From contig CAUVXB020000002.1 in NCBI GenBank assembly GCA_963555825.3, positions 128,001 to 192,000 of the forward strand: DNA of 64,000 bases, written 5' to 3'. The DNA is from Alphaproteobacteria bacterium. Lineage in GTDB: Bacteria > Pseudomonadota > Alphaproteobacteria > JAAXGF01. The notes under the pieces were generated by a model. That model searched no databases, was not told the origin of the DNA, and saw nothing but the letters and a program-made list of their open reading frames with translations. This document shows, one piece after another, positions 57,489 to 64,000 of the stretch. Both the position numbers and the translations under genes were made by a program. Position 1 is the first letter of the stretch. Each line of letters opens with the position of its first letter.

Positions 57489-59123
57489 TCCCCATATACC
57501 ATCCAAATTCGTGGAAATCGTACCACTTTCCCACCGCCAAGGGAACTGTATCCCCTATGCAGCCATCCGATGGCATGATTTTGGTAATCGGCCCGCGCTT
57601 GGAAGGCCACTCGGTCATTTTTCTCGCCATCCAGACACACCTCTCCTGTCGCTTTCTCCTCGCCGTCGATTCCCTCGGCCTACGCCGGAGCGGGTCTTCG
57701 TCGCAGATCATCAATCAAGCTCAGGATTTTCCGGAACAGGTCCCTCGGCACCGCCACCTCAGCCAATTGGAACGTAACGTAGCGGCCATGTCGGACAACC
57801 TTGGCCCCGATCTTCACCAGCTTGTCGCGCAACGTCGTCATCGACCAGTGCTCCACCTCCTTCGGCAAAGCCAGTGTCCTCATGAAGTTGCCCAGATTGT
57901 AGGCCAGGGCGTGAAGCTGGAGCCGAACGGCATTGTTGCGGAACTTGCGACATGACAGACGGGTCCAGTTGATGGCGTTCTTGCCTTCCTTGATGTGCTG
58001 CTCCGCCGTGCCACGGTGATTATAGAACGCCACCACCCGCTTGGTAGGGCGCGACAGATTAGTGACGATGAAACCGACGCGAGGAACCAGCTCGCCGGGG
58101 TGCCACTCCACTTTGGCCACGACACGGCGCTTCTTGTTCCACGATCCGGCCTGATAGCTGAAGCTGGCGTGGAAACGGCGAACATGGTCGGGCGGGCGAC
58201 CGACAGGTCGCGTAAGCAGATGGGCAATGTTCCGCTGGAGAATCGCGTTCGCTTTGAGGCGGATGACGTAGAGTAATCCCTCGGCTTCGAGATATTCGTA
58301 TATCTCCGGTGAGGCGAAGGCGGCATCGCCACGAAAATACAGCCGCACCTTCCTTTCCTTATAGCGCATCACCACCGGCTCCAGAACATTCCGCCATCCG
58401 TCGGCACTGTGAACATTACCGGGGCGCAGGGAACATCTCTCCAAGTCGCCGAACTGGTTGAACAGGAATAGCGGATGCTAGCAGGTACAGCCGAAGTGAC
58501 CATTGTACGCTGTTCCCTCTTGTTCGCCATGGGTCGGGCTGACGCTGCTGTCCATGTCGAGAATGATCATCTTCGGCGGATGGCGGTCATGAACCTTGTC
58601 GATCCACACCCCGTTCATGTCGACCAAGGCTTCAACGTTCTCGTCGGTGGCCAATAGCTCCGTCTCGAAGCGTCCCATCTGGCTGGTGGAAGCGGCCTGT
58701 CTTTCGATGGCCTTGCCGCCAACAATCCAGCGCATGGCGGGATCGCGTCCCAGACGGTCGGCGTCGTTCACATCGTCATAGCCGCCAAGGCGCCCGAAAA
58801 CGGACTGGCGAAACTGACCCGTCATGCCGTGCCATCCGTTCTTGCCGGTACGGCTATCCTGGAAAACACCCTCGGCCATCTCAGTCAGGCCGAGGGCATC
58901 GTCAAGCTCCCGGTAGGCGAGCAACCCGGCATCAGAGGTGATCTTGGAACCGTGGAATTCAAGCTTCAATCGACGGTCAAAAACGACCCGAAGGCACCCC
59001 GGTTTCGATTCACCCATCGGGTGTGCCATATCCGCCGCTCCATGTATGCTACAACTTCATGATTCTTATAGCAGAATCGCCTTCTCGCCGCACTGAATAT
59101 CGACGATACTTGGGAAATGCGGG
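57482..59123 (-). mobile_element. IS1380-family element; transposase 57680-59029 has one internal stop
   Basis: IRs CCGACATTCCCCA / CCCGCATTTCCCA, 5-bp TSD CTTAA; ITSDAGLL, LDMDSS, GCTC*HPLFLF (TAG at 58478), RGDAAF, YNHRGTAEQHIKE. Confidence 0.92.
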
Positions 59124-59128
59124 CTTAA

Positions 59129-60589
59129 CAGCCCGTTGATTAAGTGGCTTTTTCCGGCTCTCACTCCCAGATGAGGAATGCGGCGGCGAAAACCGTCTGG
59201 CCGCTTTGCGAGACCCCCAGTGCGACCAGCATGGCCCCGGTGGGCGTGAGCAGCACGAAAATACCGCCATATCCGCCCGCCACGGCCTCGCGCGGGGTGC
59301 CGGCGCCGATGAGTTGGCGCATCAGCAACGATAGGTTGTGGCCGGCGACGTGGAGCAGGTATCGCTTGTGCACGTTCTCGCGGCCCCGAAGCCAGGTCCG
59401 GCGCATGCCGCCGCGATCGAGGTTGTGGGCGAAGGAGCGCTCGACGATCTCGGCGCGCAGCTTGAAGGCTTGCTTGGCCACCCCCGATAACAGCCGGGTC
59501 CGGTTGTTGGTGACCGCGCGCCGCGCCGCCTCGTCGCCGCGCCAGCGCGCGAAGCCCTTCTGCTTGGGCTCGGCGATCCGGGTCTTCCACGGGCCGTTGT
59601 CCAAGGCCTTCAAGACCGCCCGTGAGTGATAGCCTTTGTCGGTCACACATTCGGCCGGGTCCTCTGCCGTCGGCGCCGCGTCAACGCTCGCAAGGTTCTC
59701 CTTGGCCGTCTCCAACGTTTTGGGAAGCGTCGTCGTGTCGCCCTCGTCGGCCGGGTGCAGCTCGGCGGCCACCACCGCGCCGGTGTCCAGATCCACCGCG
59801 TGCTCGGGCTTGTAGGCCAGATGCGTCGTGCCGTCCTTCATCTTGGCGATCTTGGCCTCGGGGTCGCTCTTCGAAACCCAGTCCTCGTTGGAAAGCTTCT
59901 TGCCCTTGCGCTTGCGGTCCAGACGCGCCAGGTCCTCGGCCGTGGGCGTCTCGATGCCGCTCTCCCGGGCCAGGTGCTCCAGCATCTCCCGGTAGCCTTC
60001 ACCCGTGTCGCGCCGCACGATGTTGCGCAGCGCCGCGTTGGCCTCCATGGTCGAGGCATCCACCCCGATGCGCTCGCCCTTCACCAGACCCGCCTCGCCG
60101 ATCAAGGCCAGAACCCAGTCGAAGACCGCCGCGTGGACTTCATGGGGCAGGCGCGCGCGGGTCTTCGACAGCCAGGAATGGTCCGGCACCCGCTCACGGC
60201 TCCCCAGTCGCAGGAACTCCCGCAGCGACAGGGAATCCGAGCAACGCCACTCCAGACCGCGCTCTGAGTCGATGCCCTCGAAGTAGCCCACCAGGTGCAT
60301 GCGGAAATAGCGCCCGGGCGGCACCGAGGGCGCGCCCATCCTGGCCGCGTAATAGGGCCGGCAGCTCGCCTCGGCAAAGGCGTCGAAGCCGCCCTCGATC
60401 AGCACCGACTGCAGGCGGTCGTAAAACACATGACCCGGCGAGCGCGGCATCTCCGCCCAGCCCACCATCAAGTCCCCCTGACGATCCTTCTGCTGTCCCA
60501 TCGCCATCGGCGAATCCTCCGGTCAAATCAGAACATCAAAGAATCAGACCAGGCCGCTTGCGTCCAGTGCCGACTTCGTCAACGGGCTG
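59129..60589 (-). mobile_element. IS1182/IS5-like element, intact; transposase 59161-60507
   Basis: IR CAGCCCGTTGA, TSD TTAA (59125-59128 and 60590-60593); PDHSWLS, VDASTMEANAA, DKGY, RAEIVERSFAH. Confidence 0.9.
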
Positions 60590-60593
60590 TTAA

Positions 60594-60624
60594 ACAATGA
60601 CATAGGCATTTGGAATGTCTCCTT
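60594..60624 (-). promoter_or_regulatory. Orphaned RBS and first codons of the NPC-peptide gene
   Basis: AAGGAG-9 nt-ATG CCT ATG TCA TTG TTT; joins in frame to AAG AAA CTA CTC at 57481 once both ISs are removed. Confidence 0.8.
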
Positions 60625-60973
60625 GTCCCAGTACGAGATGGCTCCCAGTCACACCGGGACGCAACGGCACGGATGATTGAAATCCTGCGTGTTCGCCCGC
60701 CCCAGGCTGTAACCAATCCATACGGGGAAATATGCCCGGCGCAAAGTCCCCCGCAACCTGCCTCTCGGCATTGTGAACCGTCGTGAGCCCCGCCGCACCG
60801 CGGAGACTGGCTCGGCACCCCTACAGTGTTCCGCACCAGATCACCTGTCGCATGCGATGGTTGCGTTGTGACGCGGAAAGCCGCATAAACCCTCTACAAA
60901 AGGAGACCGTCGGAACGACGGATCGCGCCATCGGGATAGACCGCTCGCCACCAGCGAGCGAGGGGGACCGCCG

Positions 60974-61795
60974 ATGTCCAAACAAAAGCACGACCATCGC
61001 ATCACCGCGCCCGATCTGGCCAAGCGCAAGGGCGCGACGCCGATCGTCTGCCTGACCGCCTACACCGCGCCGGTCGCCAAGGTGCTCGACGCCCACGCCG
61101 ATCTGCTGCTGGTCGGCGATTCGGTCGGCATGGTGATCTACGGCATGGAATCGACGCTCGGCGTCACGGTCGACATGATGATCGCCCATGGCGCCGCCGT
61201 GATGCGCGCGACGCGCAACGCCTGCGTCGTCATCGATCTGCCCTTCGGCAGCTTCGAGGCCTCGCCGCAAGCGGCCTTCGAGACCGCCGCGCGGATCATC
61301 GCCGCGACCGGCTGCTCGGCGGTCAAGCTCGAGGGCGGCGTTGTCATGACCGACACCGTGCGTTTCCTCACCGAGCGCGGTGTCCCGGTCATGGGACACG
61401 TCGGGCTCAAGCCGCAATCCGTCCACGCGGTCGGCGGTTATCCGGTGCTGGGCCGCGGCGAAGCCGAAGCCGAGGGCATCCGCGCCGACGCGCGCGCCAT
61501 CGCCGACGCCGGCGCCTTCGCAATCGTGCTCGAAAACGTCGTAGAACCGCTGGCCCGGCAAGTCACCGAGGATGTCGCGGTACCGACCATCGGCATCGGC
61601 GCGTCGGCCGCCTGCGATGGCCAGATTCTGGTCACCGACGACATGGCCGGCATGTTCACGACCTTCACGCCCAGGTTCGTCAAACGCTATGCCGAGCTCG
61701 CCGAGACCCTCGACGGCGCCGCCGCGGCCTACGCCGAGGAGGTGCGCCAGCGCCGCTTTCCCGGTCCCGAGCACTGCGCGCCGGGCGACGACTGA
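60974..61795 (+). CDS. panB: 3-methyl-2-oxobutanoate hydroxymethyltransferase
   Basis: [47 protein letters not shown]. Confidence 0.96.
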   Translation: MSKQKHDHRITAPDLAKRKGATPIVCLTAYTAPVAKVLDAHADLLLVGDSVGMVIYGMESTLGVTVDMMIAHGAAVMRATRNACVVIDLPFGSFEASPQAAFETAARIIAATGCSAVKLEGGVVMTDTVRFLTERGVPVMGHVGLKPQSVHAVGGYPVLGRGEAEAEGIRADARAIADAGAFAIVLENVVEPLARQVTEDVAVPTIGIGASAACDGQILVTDDMAGMFTTFTPRFVKRYAELAETLDGAAAAYAEEVRQRRFPGPEHCAPGDD

Positions 61796-61831
61796 GCCGG
61801 CATCCGATCACCAACGACCGAGGAGCGACAT

Positions 61832-63505
<1,674 letters not shown>

Positions 63506-63510
63506 TCGCG

Positions 63511-64000
63511 ATGACCTTCATCCGCACGATCGGCGACGACGAGGCCGAGGGCGCGGTCGCCAAGGTCTACGAGAAGGCGAAGGCGGAGGGTGGCGTCTAC
63601 GAGATCACCCGTCTCCTCAGCCTGTGGCCCGAGGCCATGGTCATGGAGGGCCGGCGCTACCAGACCGTGATGCTCGACGAGACGACGCTGACGCGCGCCG
63701 AGAAGGAGATGATCGCGACCGTCATCTCGGCCAAGAACCACTGCACCTATTGCTGGAAGCACCACATGCAATCGGTCATCGACGCCGGCGGCAACGCCCG
63801 CGTCGCCCGCCAGCTGGTCGACGATTACGCCAACGCCGACATCGACGCGCGGACCCGCGCGATGCTCGATTTCGCGGCCACGGCGCGCCCTCACGAGGCG
63901 ACCGAAGGCACCGTCGAGCGCCTGCGCGAGCACGGTTTCTCGGACCGCCAGATCCTCGAGATCATCATCGTCGCGGGCTTCTTCGAGGACTACAACCTGC
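63511..64000 (+). CDS. Carboxymuconolactone decarboxylase/AhpD-like peroxidase-related protein, partial
   Basis: MTFIRTIGDDEAEG..EKEMIATVISAKNHCTYCWKHH (CxxC..H); open to the window end. Confidence 0.85.
   Translation, partial: MTFIRTIGDDEAEGAVAKVYEKAKAEGGVYEITRLLSLWPEAMVMEGRRYQTVMLDETTLTRAEKEMIATVISAKNHCTYCWKHHMQSVIDAGGNARVARQLVDDYANADIDARTRAMLDFAATARPHEATEGTVERLREHGFSDRQILEIIIVAGFFEDYNL

Noticed and set aside
58478-58480. Programmed amber readthrough in the IS1380 transposase
   Set aside because: A single Tyr-to-TAG change is more simply a nonsense mutation; no recoding signal was seen.
60625-60970. Riboswitch or ECF promoter upstream of the peptide gene or panB
   Set aside because: No recognisable consensus by eye; an Rfam scan would be needed.

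Overview
High-GC alphaproteobacterial window (rRNA operon sequence, rpoH-like gene, panB, hutU), heavily eroded by insertion sequences. 1-31.3 kb is an accessory island lying just beyond the tRNA-fMet end of an rRNA operon. It holds a large adhesin-like gene running off the left edge, two near-identical copies of a soluble GAF-PAS-HK-REC-wHTH hybrid regulator (each head-to-head with a different secreted-protein gene), a type I secretion operon with a frameshifted PPC-repeat substrate, and plasmid/IS debris. 31.4-37.2 kb is a complete rrn operon on the minus strand with a ~170-nt intervening sequence in 23S. 37.4-48.3 kb holds marR/rpoH/rhodanese and a decaying glycosylation cluster. 48.3-55.9 kb is a nested IS stack whose order can be read from target duplications. 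56.4-60.6 kb holds a His-motif (DUF6969-like) gene convergent with a secreted 15-Cys (NPC)n peptide gene, whose first codons were split off by two ISs inserted at one TTAA site; the IS1380 end supplies a substitute in-frame ATG. Several single-base frameshifts may be sequencing errors. Family names come from motif recognition, not database searches.
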